Virus record (IMG/VR): IMGVR_UViG_3300005326_000032
Reading direction: 5' to 3' (one strand)
DNA from: a virus
Length of the DNA stretch: 39,067 nucleotides
Positions 21,133 through 28,989 of this stretch are shown here, piece by piece. The translations under genes were made by a program, and so were the position numbers. A model generated the notes under the pieces. The model worked only from the letters and a program-made list of their open reading frames with translations. It searched no databases and was not told the origin of the DNA. Every line of letters starts with the position of its first letter. Within the stretch, counting starts at the first letter, position 1.

Positions 21133-23199
21133 ATGGCACTATTTGGTGATTTATTAAAGGGGTTTGGAAAGTATGCAACATCAGCAGGTAGAAATGCTGG
21201 TGAAATTGCAGCACTTACAATACTTGCAAATAAGGTAAAAAGGGTTAAACCAGAAGATTATAAAAATATAGCAGACTATAAAAAGGCACTTAAAGAAAGT
21301 CAGGGGGCGTATAGTAGACTACAACAAGAACAAGTAAACCCACAGGCTAATAAGAAGTTAAACAAAGCACTGGGGGTTACTAAAGACGAACAAAAGGCAC
21401 AAATGGCAGGTGCTAATATGGAGGGTGATTTACTCAAACCAATGACTGCAATTAAAGGTGGTGCACAGGTTGCAAGTATGTTACCAGTTGGTGCTAGTTC
21501 ACTACTTGGAACGGTTGGATTAGGTGCGTTACAATCTACTATGGGTGCTGTTGGAACATCAAAAAAGGGAGATGAGCTTATGTCTGCATTGATAGCTGCA
21601 CCTTTAGGAGCTGCAGGGGCAGGAGTTTCTTATGGTATTAGTAAAGGGTTAAGCTCACTTGGTAAATCACTAATAAATAAAGTAAATGTTAAAACCCCAA
21701 AAGTAGCTGGTAAAAAGGCTACGCTTGACTGGGGGCTTGGAAAGAAAGATATTGCCGAAACACTAGATGGTTGGGATAATGCTCAAAAATGGGCAACCGA
21801 AGCCTATGAAGACGCAAATAAACTAGGACTTCCAACAAGAACAAGATACCAAAAGGCAAGTGCATTAGACGCAATTACAAGGGCACTAGATGATGATACA
21901 AGGCTTATGGTAGAGGCTTTTGATAAGGATGGTATACCAGCGGCTAGTGCTAACGATATTATAAACAAACTACAGTCTGACCCAGCTCTTTCTTATGCTA
22001 GGGCAAAAGACCCACAGACTTTTGAGTGGGCTATGAAAACAATATCTGACCAAGCAGACGAAGCTGGTAACTTATCTATGAAGGCGATTAAAGATATTAT
22101 AGGTACGGTACAAAAAACAGCAGGTGGTTTTGATAGTGCAACCGACCAATCTTCAGCTGCTGCTAAACAAATATTTACAGCAACTAGGAGTACAGTAAGG
22201 GATGTTATAGGGGATGTTTCACCAGAGTTAAGTACACTACTTTCTAAATGGTCTAAGTATATAAAAGTAAACCCTTCTGTCGTGGGGCAAGTAACGAAAT
22301 CAGCAGGAATTACAATACCCGCAGTAGGTAAGCTTGGTGCAAGCACACTTGGCACAGAGGTTAGTGATGTTTTAAGCTCTCTTACATCAGGTAGGGGTAG
22401 TGCAGGTGCTATTACAGGACCAACAGCCTTACAAAGTATATTAGGAAAACTATCAGCAGGTGCGGGACGGGCAGGACAAATGATGTCTCCAAATGTAGGT
22501 GCTACAACGGGTACGCTAGTTGGTAGTGGGTTAGTTAATCCAACACCAGCAGAAATACCAGCACTAGGAGATGATGATGAAGGTTTAATGGCTATTAGAA
22601 GTGCTTTTGCAGGTGGTGGTATGGGTGGTGGCTTAGATACAACGGGGCAATCACCAATAGCACAGCCACAGGGCAACCCACAAGCAGACCAGATTAAGCA
22701 ATTATTAGTAGTTGGAATATTAAGTGGGGATATAAATAGTACAGAAGCAAACGCAGTAATAAGCTTACTTGGGTTAGATACAGAAGAGGAAACCAAGGCA
22801 AACCAAGAAACAGCATTACTTAACAATGCTATTAGTGAAATGGAAAGGCTTTATGGTACTGGAACGGAAGATACTCTTTCAATAGGAAGAAATGTTGGAA
22901 TAGGCGGATTACTACAAAAAGGTGGAAGAACAATAGGAAAGGCGTTTAACCAAGACCTAGTTGATAGGAAGGTTGCTTATGACCAACAAAAGGCACTAGC
23001 AGCAGGTATCTTAAATAAGGCAAGGTTAGCTGGTACACTGAACGAGGGTGAATACCAAGTTATGATTGCCAATATGCCAAGCGAATATTCAACAGAAGAA
23101 CAGGCACAGAGTTGGTTTAATAATGTAAGAAGAATGCTTGGTGGTTCTACAATGCAAGATGACGGATCAAGTTTACTACAAACACTAGGACTACAATAA
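21133..23199 (+). CDS. Large Gly/Ala-rich internal virion/ejection-like protein (tentative)
   Basis: 688 aa. Low-complexity G/A/S tracts. Its position after the tail genes follows the podovirus core-protein pattern. Confidence 0.45.
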   Translation: MALFGDLLKGFGKYATSAGRNAGEIAALTILANKVKRVKPEDYKNIADYKKALKESQGAYSRLQQEQVNPQANKKLNKALGVTKDEQKAQMAGANMEGDLLKPMTAIKGGAQVASMLPVGASSLLGTVGLGALQSTMGAVGTSKKGDELMSALIAAPLGAAGAGVSYGISKGLSSLGKSLINKVNVKTPKVAGKKATLDWGLGKKDIAETLDGWDNAQKWATEAYEDANKLGLPTRTRYQKASALDAITRALDDDTRLMVEAFDKDGIPAASANDIINKLQSDPALSYARAKDPQTFEWAMKTISDQADEAGNLSMKAIKDIIGTVQKTAGGFDSATDQSSAAAKQIFTATRSTVRDVIGDVSPELSTLLSKWSKYIKVNPSVVGQVTKSAGITIPAVGKLGASTLGTEVSDVLSSLTSGRGSAGAITGPTALQSILGKLSAGAGRAGQMMSPNVGATTGTLVGSGLVNPTPAEIPALGDDDEGLMAIRSAFAGGGMGGGLDTTGQSPIAQPQGNPQADQIKQLLVVGILSGDINSTEANAVISLLGLDTEEETKANQETALLNNAISEMERLYGTGTEDTLSIGRNVGIGGLLQKGGRTIGKAFNQDLVDRKVAYDQQKALAAGILNKARLAGTLNEGEYQVMIANMPSEYSTEEQAQSWFNNVRRMLGGSTMQDDGSSLLQTLGLQ

Positions 23200-23217
23200 T
23201 ATAACACGATAGAGAAC

Positions 23218-23595
23218 ATGAACATGGAGCAAAAGACTGCTAGTTTAGAGATACAAATAACAGGGGTACAAAAAGATGTGTCCTATTTAAAAGAAAAGGT
23301 GGATGCAGTGGATGTTAAACTAGACAAAATGGATGGTAAAACTGACAAACTAATGACAGACCTACCTAGTGTTTTTAAAGATATAATGGAAAATTATGTT
23401 ACCAAAGACGAGTTCAGAGCTTTTCAGGGTGTTGTAAACATTAGTATGAAGGAATACGAGGGGTTTGAGAAAAGTATAACCAGCCTTAAAACAAATAATA
23501 AAGTAATTGCAGGAATAGGTGGTGCAATTGTTTTTATACTAAGTTTCGGGAATACTATTGCAGACTGGCTAACAAGCTTAGTACATACACGATAA
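23218..23595 (+). CDS. Tail-anchored membrane protein with coiled coil (lysis-associated?)
   Basis: 125 aa. C-terminal TM VIAGIGGAIVFILSFGNTIADWL. Immediately upstream of the lysis cassette. Confidence 0.4.
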   Translation: MNMEQKTASLEIQITGVQKDVSYLKEKVDAVDVKLDKMDGKTDKLMTDLPSVFKDIMENYVTKDEFRAFQGVVNISMKEYEGFEKSITSLKTNNKVIAGIGGAIVFILSFGNTIADWLTSLVHTR

Positions 23596-23644
23596 AATAC
23601 TATTACAGTTTAATATTTTACAACATCGGTAGAGTAGAGTGTAG

Positions 23645-23747
23645 TAGGGGGTTTTCCCCAGTAGGGGGATATTAAAAGTGTTGTATTACCAATGTTTTTG
23701 TAAAATAGGGGATATACCCAGCAGAGTGGGGGAGTGGAATAGGGGAA
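23645..23747 (+). promoter_or_regulatory. Array of five G-rich TAGGGG/GTGGGGG boxes upstream of the endolysin promoter
   Basis: Boxes at 23645, 23662, 23706, 23726 and 23740. The first two are separated by a GGGG-GTTTT-CCCC hairpin. The array ends 2 nt before the TGGTATAAT at 23749. Confidence 0.5.
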
Positions 23748-23748
23748 G

Positions 23749-23757
23749 TGGTATAAT
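23749..23757 (+). promoter_or_regulatory. Extended -10 promoter TGGTATAAT
   Basis: Family motif 26 nt upstream of ATG 23784. Confidence 0.55.
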
Positions 23758-23783
23758 ATACTATTAAGTTTAAACAAACTTAC

Positions 23784-24560
23784 ATGGCAGAGATATACAG
23801 TTCGTTATTTAAAGGTAATGTTCATGTTACCACGCCATTCAAATCCACACACAAGGCTATTGACCTAGGAAACTACAAAACTAGAAACGCTATTTATTCA
23901 CCAAACAAACTAGGAGCTGGCACAGTATCATATGTTGCTACTTCATACACAGATTCAGCAGGTAAGGCATGGGTTAATTCTTTAGTTGTTTATATTAAGT
24001 ACGATAACGGAATGACTAGTAGACATTTTCATGGGTATGTAGCCGACAAGGTAGTTAATAAGGGAGATAGAGTTTCAGTTGGACAACAAGTATACAGAAC
24101 AGGGAACTCGGGCAATTCAGTTGGGGATCACTTACACTATGTTTTACTCAACTCTTCAGGGGTTGCAATAGACCCAGCACCCTATGTTTTAGGAGACGCT
24201 ATTGTAGAGCCGCCACAGCCCCCACAACCAACGCCATGTGAAGATGAGGTAAAGAGGCTACAGGGGGTGGTAACGGGGCTTGAAGGTACCGTGAAACAGG
24301 TTACAGATACCAACGCACAGTTGGTTATAGATTTAAACCTTGCAAAAGAGAGGGTTGGCTTTTTAGAGGGAACTTTAGCAATTAGACAGGAAGAGTTGGT
24401 TCAAGCAGAAGAAGATATAGCAGGGTTAAAAACATCAAGGGATTATTGGCAAGCAGAACATAAAAAGGTGGTAACAGAACTTAATGAGTTGAAAGCTGGT
24501 CGGGACACATGGATTAATCGTATTGCAGATATTTTGCATAATTTATTTAACAGAAAATAA
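23784..24560 (+). CDS. M23 peptidase endolysin with C-terminal coiled coil
   Basis: 258 aa. HKAIDLG (HxxxD) and GDHLHYVL (HxH) motifs of the LytM/M23 family. A PPQPPQP linker is followed by heptad-like repeats. Confidence 0.85.
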   Translation: MAEIYSSLFKGNVHVTTPFKSTHKAIDLGNYKTRNAIYSPNKLGAGTVSYVATSYTDSAGKAWVNSLVVYIKYDNGMTSRHFHGYVADKVVNKGDRVSVGQQVYRTGNSGNSVGDHLHYVLLNSSGVAIDPAPYVLGDAIVEPPQPPQPTPCEDEVKRLQGVVTGLEGTVKQVTDTNAQLVIDLNLAKERVGFLEGTLAIRQEELVQAEEDIAGLKTSRDYWQAEHKKVVTELNELKAGRDTWINRIADILHNLFNRK

Positions 24561-24643
24561 TGGATTGGATATATTTAATAATTGCGTTAGGGTTGTTTTT
24601 CGGGATGATTAGTTTAATTTTTTTTAAAAGGTGCAATGAGTGA
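24560..24643 (+). CDS. 27-aa single-TM peptide (not in the ORF track)
   Basis: TAATG overlap with the endolysin stop. Sequence MDWIYLIIALGLFFGMISLIFFKRCNE. Overlaps the next ATG. Confidence 0.4.
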   Translation: MDWIYLIIALGLFFGMISLIFFKRCNE

Positions 24644-24866
24644 GCTAACTAATACGGCGAGAGCTGAGTTTGCAGGTGTTAAGGTGTTAAAAGCCTCAAA
24701 ATGGATTTTAATATCTGGAACTGCAACATTTTTCTTAACAGGACTTTTGGATGTTGTTGCTGAAGTTGAACTTCCAACTTGGGCAACACTTGGGGTTTAT
24801 TTATTAATTAACACCCTTATATATGGGGTTTCAGCATATATAAAAGGAGAAAACGGAACAAAATAA
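24636..24866 (+). CDS. Two-TM holin-like protein
   Basis: 76 aa with two hydrophobic helices (WILISGTATFFLTGLLDVV; LGVYLLINTLIYGVSAYI). Adjacent to the endolysin. Confidence 0.5.
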   Translation: MSELTNTARAEFAGVKVLKASKWILISGTATFFLTGLLDVVAEVELPTWATLGVYLLINTLIYGVSAYIKGENGTK

Positions 24867-24899
24867 CACCAAAACAACACTAACTTAAACTGCTCGAAC

Positions 24900-25040
24900 A
24901 TGAACAAGAACACGGTGTGTATTATTTCCCTACTATTTGCGATAGTCGTGTGTTGCATATTTTGGATTATACTTTGTGATTTTACTAGGGCTATTGCCCT
25001 ACTTTTTTCTAAACTTGTAATTACACTAGCTAATTTCTAA
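24900..25040 (+). CDS. 46-aa membrane peptide (not in the ORF track)
   Basis: MNKNTVCIISLLFAIVVCCIFWIILCDF… Ends 1 nt before ATG 25042. Confidence 0.35.
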   Translation: MNKNTVCIISLLFAIVVCCIFWIILCDFTRAIALLFSKLVITLANF

Positions 25041-25041
25041 C

Positions 25042-26073
25042 ATGAGTAGACCACGAGGAAGTAAAAACAAACCAAAACAACCCACCATTAAAATTACACT
25101 ACCAAACACCATGTCTAGCCTAGAAACCGAGGGTATATACAAATCAAACAAAGAGGATAGTTTTGAGTCAAAGAGGGAAATTGAACAAAGTTACTTACAG
25201 AAAGCAAGAATAGAAATTGAAGAAGGCTCTATGCCTGCAAACTTAACTTTTGAGGACTTCCACGAAGAGGCTTTGCGTAGATCAGACTTTAGGGAAAGAG
25301 TTGAGGGTGAGAAAAGACATGTTGAAATAAGTATAGAAACTAAAAAACCAATAGCAATAGCTTTCCTATCAGACCTACACATTGGAAATGCAGGAATAGA
25401 CTATGAGCTTTTAAAAGAAACAGGAAGGATTATTAAAGAACACCCCCTAGCCTATTGTATAACAGCAGGAGATATAACAGACTCTCTCTTCTTTGACTAT
25501 GGGGAAGAGATACTAAACATGCAAGAGCAATATGTTTACATGCACAAACTACTCTCTTGGATAGGTTCAGATAATATATTGGCTGGTATTGTTGGAAACC
25601 ATGAGAGCTGGGCTAGAAAAAGTGGGGTAACCAATTATATAGAGTTTAGTAATCATACACAAAGACCTCTTTTAAGGGGTGTTAGTTTTGTTGATTTAAC
25701 AGTAGGTAAGATACCTTATAGGCTTATGATGGCACACAGGTTTAGGGGAGAAAGTATGTATAACCCTACTCATCAAGAAAGCAGGGCCAACAGAGAGTTA
25801 CAAGGTGCAGATATTATTATGGCAGGACACACACACAAACCTGGTGAGAGTGTTATATACCAACCTGAGTATGGTGGTGGTGCTAGAAAGGTTGCACTTG
25901 TTAATGGGAAGACATTTAAGAAATTAGACGCTTATGGGAAGGATCAAGGCTATACGCCTATAACAGCAGAGCAACTTGGTTGTAACTGGATAGTATTAAA
26001 CCATGATAGAAAAATGGTAAGGGTATGCTCAAGTAATGAGGAAATGCTAGAAACAATGAAAGGTTATATTTAA
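25042..26073 (+). CDS. Calcineurin-like metallophosphoesterase
   Basis: 343 aa. Motifs FLSDLHIG, GDITD, GNHE and GHTH appear in the canonical order. Confidence 0.8.
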   Translation: MSRPRGSKNKPKQPTIKITLPNTMSSLETEGIYKSNKEDSFESKREIEQSYLQKARIEIEEGSMPANLTFEDFHEEALRRSDFRERVEGEKRHVEISIETKKPIAIAFLSDLHIGNAGIDYELLKETGRIIKEHPLAYCITAGDITDSLFFDYGEEILNMQEQYVYMHKLLSWIGSDNILAGIVGNHESWARKSGVTNYIEFSNHTQRPLLRGVSFVDLTVGKIPYRLMMAHRFRGESMYNPTHQESRANRELQGADIIMAGHTHKPGESVIYQPEYGGGARKVALVNGKTFKKLDAYGKDQGYTPITAEQLGCNWIVLNHDRKMVRVCSSNEEMLETMKGYI

Positions 26074-26084
26074 AACATAGAAAC

Positions 26085-26207
26085 ATGATAACAAGACAAA
26101 GATGTGAGGTTTATTCAAGAATAGTGGGTTACATTAGGCCTATTAGTCAATGGAACCCTGGGAAAAAATCGGAGTTTAAGGATAGGAAGGTGTTTAAGGC
26201 TCGTTGA
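26085..26207 (+). CDS. 40-aa ORF resembling the glycyl-radical C-terminus of class III ribonucleotide reductase (NrdD)
   Basis: Not in the ORF track. MITRQRCEVYSRIVGYIRPISQWNPGKKSEFKDRKVFKAR. The R-I-V-G-Y … W-N-x-G-K-x-x-E-F-x-D-R pattern matches my recollection of NrdD C-termini. Confidence 0.45.
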   Translation: MITRQRCEVYSRIVGYIRPISQWNPGKKSEFKDRKVFKAR

Positions 26208-26336
26208 AAACTTAATAGGGTTGGTAATTCTTATAACTAGCACACACAACTTATAGACTACAACTAGGACTTACTGCTTCGTTACCAACTCTGTTGAGTT
26301 TTTAATAGCTCAGGCTCTTTTAAAAGGAGATTGGAA

Positions 26337-26516
26337 ATGCCTATTAAAGTCCTACCATGTATTGACTGTGGTAAGGAGGAATCCTACGACTGCGAGTTGT
26401 ACCTTTGTATGACTTCAGACGGATTTCTTGTCGTGGTTTGCATTATGTACGCTGTAATGCACAACTTAACCATCTTGCAAAAGATGAGACTTGTACCCCC
26501 AGAAGACGAGGAGTAA
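26337..26516 (+). CDS. Hypothetical Cys-rich small protein
   Basis: 59 aa from the ATG, with SD AAGGAG 7 nt upstream. Contains a CIDCGK motif. Function unknown. Confidence 0.35.
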   Translation: MPIKVLPCIDCGKEESYDCELYLCMTSDGFLVVVCIMYAVMHNLTILQKMRLVPPEDEE

Positions 26517-26528
26517 AAGAGGTGTGAT

Positions 26529-26792
26529 GTGTCCAAACACAAAAACAGAACCCAAGTAGAACGAGAACCAAAGCTTGATTGGAAACACGAAATAAAAATA
26601 GCCCAAGGTTATATATGTTCGGTATGCAACCAGAAAGGAACGGAGCAATCGCTTCAAATACACCATTGTAGAAACCGTTGTCGTGGGGGGAAAAACACAA
26701 AAGAAAACTGCTGTACTGTTCACGCCCATTGCCACAAACGCATTCACTTTATATACGGAAATAATTTCCATGACCCGCGGATTGTCCAATAA
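26529..26792 (+). CDS. Small HNH endonuclease
   Basis: 87 aa with a GTG start. CSVCNQKG…QIHHCRNRCRGGKNTKENCCTVHAHCHKRIH (CxxC…HH…N…CH signature). Confidence 0.8.
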   Translation: MSKHKNRTQVEREPKLDWKHEIKIAQGYICSVCNQKGTEQSLQIHHCRNRCRGGKNTKENCCTVHAHCHKRIHFIYGNNFHDPRIVQ

Positions 26793-26801
26793 ATCCAGAA
26801 A

Positions 26802-26851
26802 GGGGGACTACTTACAAGTATCACAACTAGAACCAGTACAAAGTAGCCCCC
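26802..26851 (+). other. Long imperfect hairpin between two HNH genes
   Basis: GGGGG(A)CTACTT pairs with AAGTAGCCCCC (11 bp, one bulge, 27-nt loop). No U-tract follows, so terminator function is uncertain. Confidence 0.35.
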
Positions 26852-26877
26852 CTCACTCTCCGTTGTACTGTTAAACA

Positions 26878-26886
26878 TGGTATAAT
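26878..26886 (+). promoter_or_regulatory. Extended -10 promoter TGGTATAAT
   Basis: Family motif 7 nt upstream of ATG 26894 (near-leaderless). Confidence 0.5.
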
Positions 26887-26893
26887 AAACTAT

Positions 26894-27547
26894 ATGAAAA
26901 AACCAAACAAAGAGTCTAAACTGCGTACTTTAGTTTGTTATATTTGCCATAAAGAGTTTTCAAGACACATATCTCCTAGTGAAATTAGACTTCCTGTTAA
27001 AAGAGTTTGTTCTCCTGAGTGTAAAAGTATCCTTAATTCCACCCAAAGACTTCGCCAGATACCTATGGTTTGTATTAAATGTGGTAAGACGGTAATGATA
27101 AGGCCAAGTGAACTAAAAAGAAAGAGAAAATATTGCAGTCTTAGGTGTAAAATGAAAAGGGCCGACGGGATGTCTGTATCTACCGATGGGTATTTTGTAA
27201 AAGCAAACAAAAAAGTACAAAGAATTATAATGGAAGAACACCTAGGTAGGAAGCTTAGCCCAAAAGAAATTGTACACCATATAAATGGAGACAAGCTTGA
27301 TAATAGAATAGAAAACCTCCTGATAGTAACAAGGACTGAGCATAATCGTATACATGGAAAGTTTAAGCTCGGAGAAAACCACATAAACACAAATCTTAAA
27401 AACAGAGATGTCTTAAAGATTAAAATGGGGCAATATTGTGGTATTCGTAATGCAGAGTTATCTAGAATATTTAAAACTAGCCAAACAACAATAGGGCGTA
27501 TTAAAAAGGGTTCTGTTTGGAGTAGTATAAAGATTAAACAGGTGTAA
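26894..27547 (+). CDS. HNH endonuclease with zinc-ribbon motifs and C-terminal HTH
   Basis: 217 aa. EEHLGRKLSPKEIVHHINGDKLDNRIENLLIVTRTEHNRIH, two CxxC…C..C modules, and C-terminal ELSRIFKTSQTTIGRI. Paralog of 19092-19673. Confidence 0.9.
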   Translation: MKKPNKESKLRTLVCYICHKEFSRHISPSEIRLPVKRVCSPECKSILNSTQRLRQIPMVCIKCGKTVMIRPSELKRKRKYCSLRCKMKRADGMSVSTDGYFVKANKKVQRIIMEEHLGRKLSPKEIVHHINGDKLDNRIENLLIVTRTEHNRIHGKFKLGENHINTNLKNRDVLKIKMGQYCGIRNAELSRIFKTSQTTIGRIKKGSVWSSIKIKQV

Positions 27548-27633
27548 TTCTGATATAACACTATCCCCTAATTATTTACTACAACCCTATTTACATCGTT
27601 TAAAAATGGATATATATTAGATTTAGTATGAAA

Positions 27634-27740
27634 AAGACCAAGCAAAATGTTTCAAAGTTAGATATTCAAATAAGGGGGTTGGTTTCCACGCTTGGTCGCC
27701 AACTCTCTTATTTGGCTATTTAATTTAAGACCAAGCAAAA
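27634..27740 (+). promoter_or_regulatory. GACCAAGC repeat set (two direct copies, one inverted) upstream of CDS 27741
   Basis: AAGACCAAGCAAAA occurs at 27634-27647 and 27727-27740. The inverted copy GCTTGGTC lies at 27690-27697, inside a GTTGG…CCAAC stem. Confidence 0.5.
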
Positions 27741-28274
27741 ATGAAAACAAGAATCATACACACAAAGGTTTGGAAGGACTTGTGGTTTGCTAATTTATCT
27801 AAAGAGGCTAAATTCCTTTGGCTCTATCTTTTAACAAACGACAAGATCAACATATCAGGTATCTATGAGCTGACGGACAGAGAGTTGGAGTTTGATATGG
27901 GGTTTCAAATATCAGAGAAAACTAAAGGTGAGTTAAAACCCAAAGCAATCTTTTGTATGGGGTGGGTGTTTATTCCTAATATTGAGAAATATAATTCGTA
28001 TAGGAACTCTCCAAAGAACCAAGTCGCTTTTATTAAAGAGATTGAATGTATTCCAAGAGTGGTAATTGATACACTATTGTCTGATACTAGTATAGATAGT
28101 AGTATATATAGTACCCCTATACTCCTAGAAACCATAAATCATAAATCAGAAAACAAAAATCAGAAACCAGAAATCCTAAATAAGAAATCAGAAATAGAAG
28201 AGAGTTTACCCTTTGATTGGTTAGTAGAGGAAAAGAAGAGAACAGCTAAGTTATTAGATCAATACACCAAATGA
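27741..28274 (+). CDS. Putative replication-associated wHTH protein (tentative)
   Basis: 177 aa. The N-terminus KVWKDLWFANLSKEAKFLWLYLLTNDKINISGIYELTDRELE resembles phage replication-organiser N-terminal domains. Iteron-like repeats lie upstream. Confidence 0.3.
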   Translation: MKTRIIHTKVWKDLWFANLSKEAKFLWLYLLTNDKINISGIYELTDRELEFDMGFQISEKTKGELKPKAIFCMGWVFIPNIEKYNSYRNSPKNQVAFIKEIECIPRVVIDTLLSDTSIDSSIYSTPILLETINHKSENKNQKPEILNKKSEIEESLPFDWLVEEKKRTAKLLDQYTK

Positions 28275-28519
28275 AAAAGAAACAGTTGTTTGTTACAAAG
28301 GTTAGTGTTAATGGGGTTGAGCATTTACACTCTATGACACTAGGCACTGCACCTAGAAGTAGGGTTGAATATGCAATACAAGAAAAACTAATGCTATTTG
28401 ATAGAGAGTATGGTGATTATGGGTTTACAAGAAGGTCTACCAATTACATAAACTTCTGGAAGTGGCTACAGGGAGATGATGACAAGCTAGTTACCAAGAG
28501 TGTAATAGAAACTATTTAA
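28271..28519 (+). CDS. Hypothetical protein
   Basis: 82 aa. ATGA overlap with the upstream gene. Confidence 0.5.
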   Translation: MKKKQLFVTKVSVNGVEHLHSMTLGTAPRSRVEYAIQEKLMLFDREYGDYGFTRRSTNYINFWKWLQGDDDKLVTKSVIETI

Positions 28520-28536
28520 TTTTTATTTTTATTTTC

Positions 28537-28743
28537 ATGTTTAAGATTTACAGAGTTAAAAAGTACACACAGTTTCCTAAAAGAATGGCAACCGACAAAG
28601 TTATAAGAACAGTTGATAATATAAAAGCTGCACAAATCATTAGTATAGAGCATAACAAGAGTTCAGATGATAGATTTTATGTAGAGGAAATCCAATTACT
28701 AGAGGATAATATAGTTATTGACACTGCTTTTAAGTTGGTGTAA
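28537..28743 (+). CDS. Hypothetical protein
   Basis: 68-aa ORF in a tightly packed early region. Confidence 0.45.
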   Translation: MFKIYRVKKYTQFPKRMATDKVIRTVDNIKAAQIISIEHNKSSDDRFYVEEIQLLEDNIVIDTAFKLV

Positions 28744-28779
28744 TATATAAACAATATAAATTATTACTTATTATTTAAT

Positions 28780-28971
28780 ATGAAAGAACAAGTACAAAGT
28801 AAGACCGTCATACTACAAAACAGATATGGTGGAGACGAACTCACACTTGTAGTGGATAGGGGTTTTAAACATTTCACAATAGACTTTGGTGGGGTTAGGT
28901 TATCATTAACAGCTGATGATCTATTTGATTTGATAGAGATGTTAAATCGTGTTTACAAAATAGTTAGATAA
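28780..28971 (+). CDS. Hypothetical protein
   Basis: 63-aa ORF. Confidence 0.45.
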   Translation: MKEQVQSKTVILQNRYGGDELTLVVDRGFKHFTIDFGGVRLSLTADDLFDLIEMLNRVYKIVR

Positions 28972-28989
28972 TTTTTTATTACCAAGAGG

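Noticed and set aside
21993-22826. A 277-aa minus-strand ORF antisense to the 688-aa virion protein gene.
   Set aside because: It is a low-complexity shadow of a Gly/Ala-rich + strand gene. Every other gene except one HNH is on the + strand, and it has no promoter or RBS context.
26337-26792. Reading 26337-26516 and 26529-26792 as one gene with TAA readthrough, since they share a frame and are separated by a single stop.
   Set aside because: The downstream 87-aa HNH domain is complete and has its own GTG start with an AAGAGG SD. Adjacent ORFs share a frame one time in three by chance. I noted it only as a weak parallel to the NinG case.
26683-26874. Track ORF of 63 aa spanning the HNH end and the long hairpin.
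   Set aside because: It overlaps the 3' end of the HNH CDS in another frame and runs through the 26802-26851 hairpin and the promoter. No RBS is present.
26938-27561. A 207-aa minus-strand ORF antisense to HNH 26894-27547. The same applies to 29957-30442 (-), 3440-3688 (-), 3752-4066 (-) and 5279-5566 (-).
   Set aside because: The sense-strand products carry clear motifs or positional support. The antisense translations are Leu/Ser/Phe-rich, as expected from AT-rich antisense frames.
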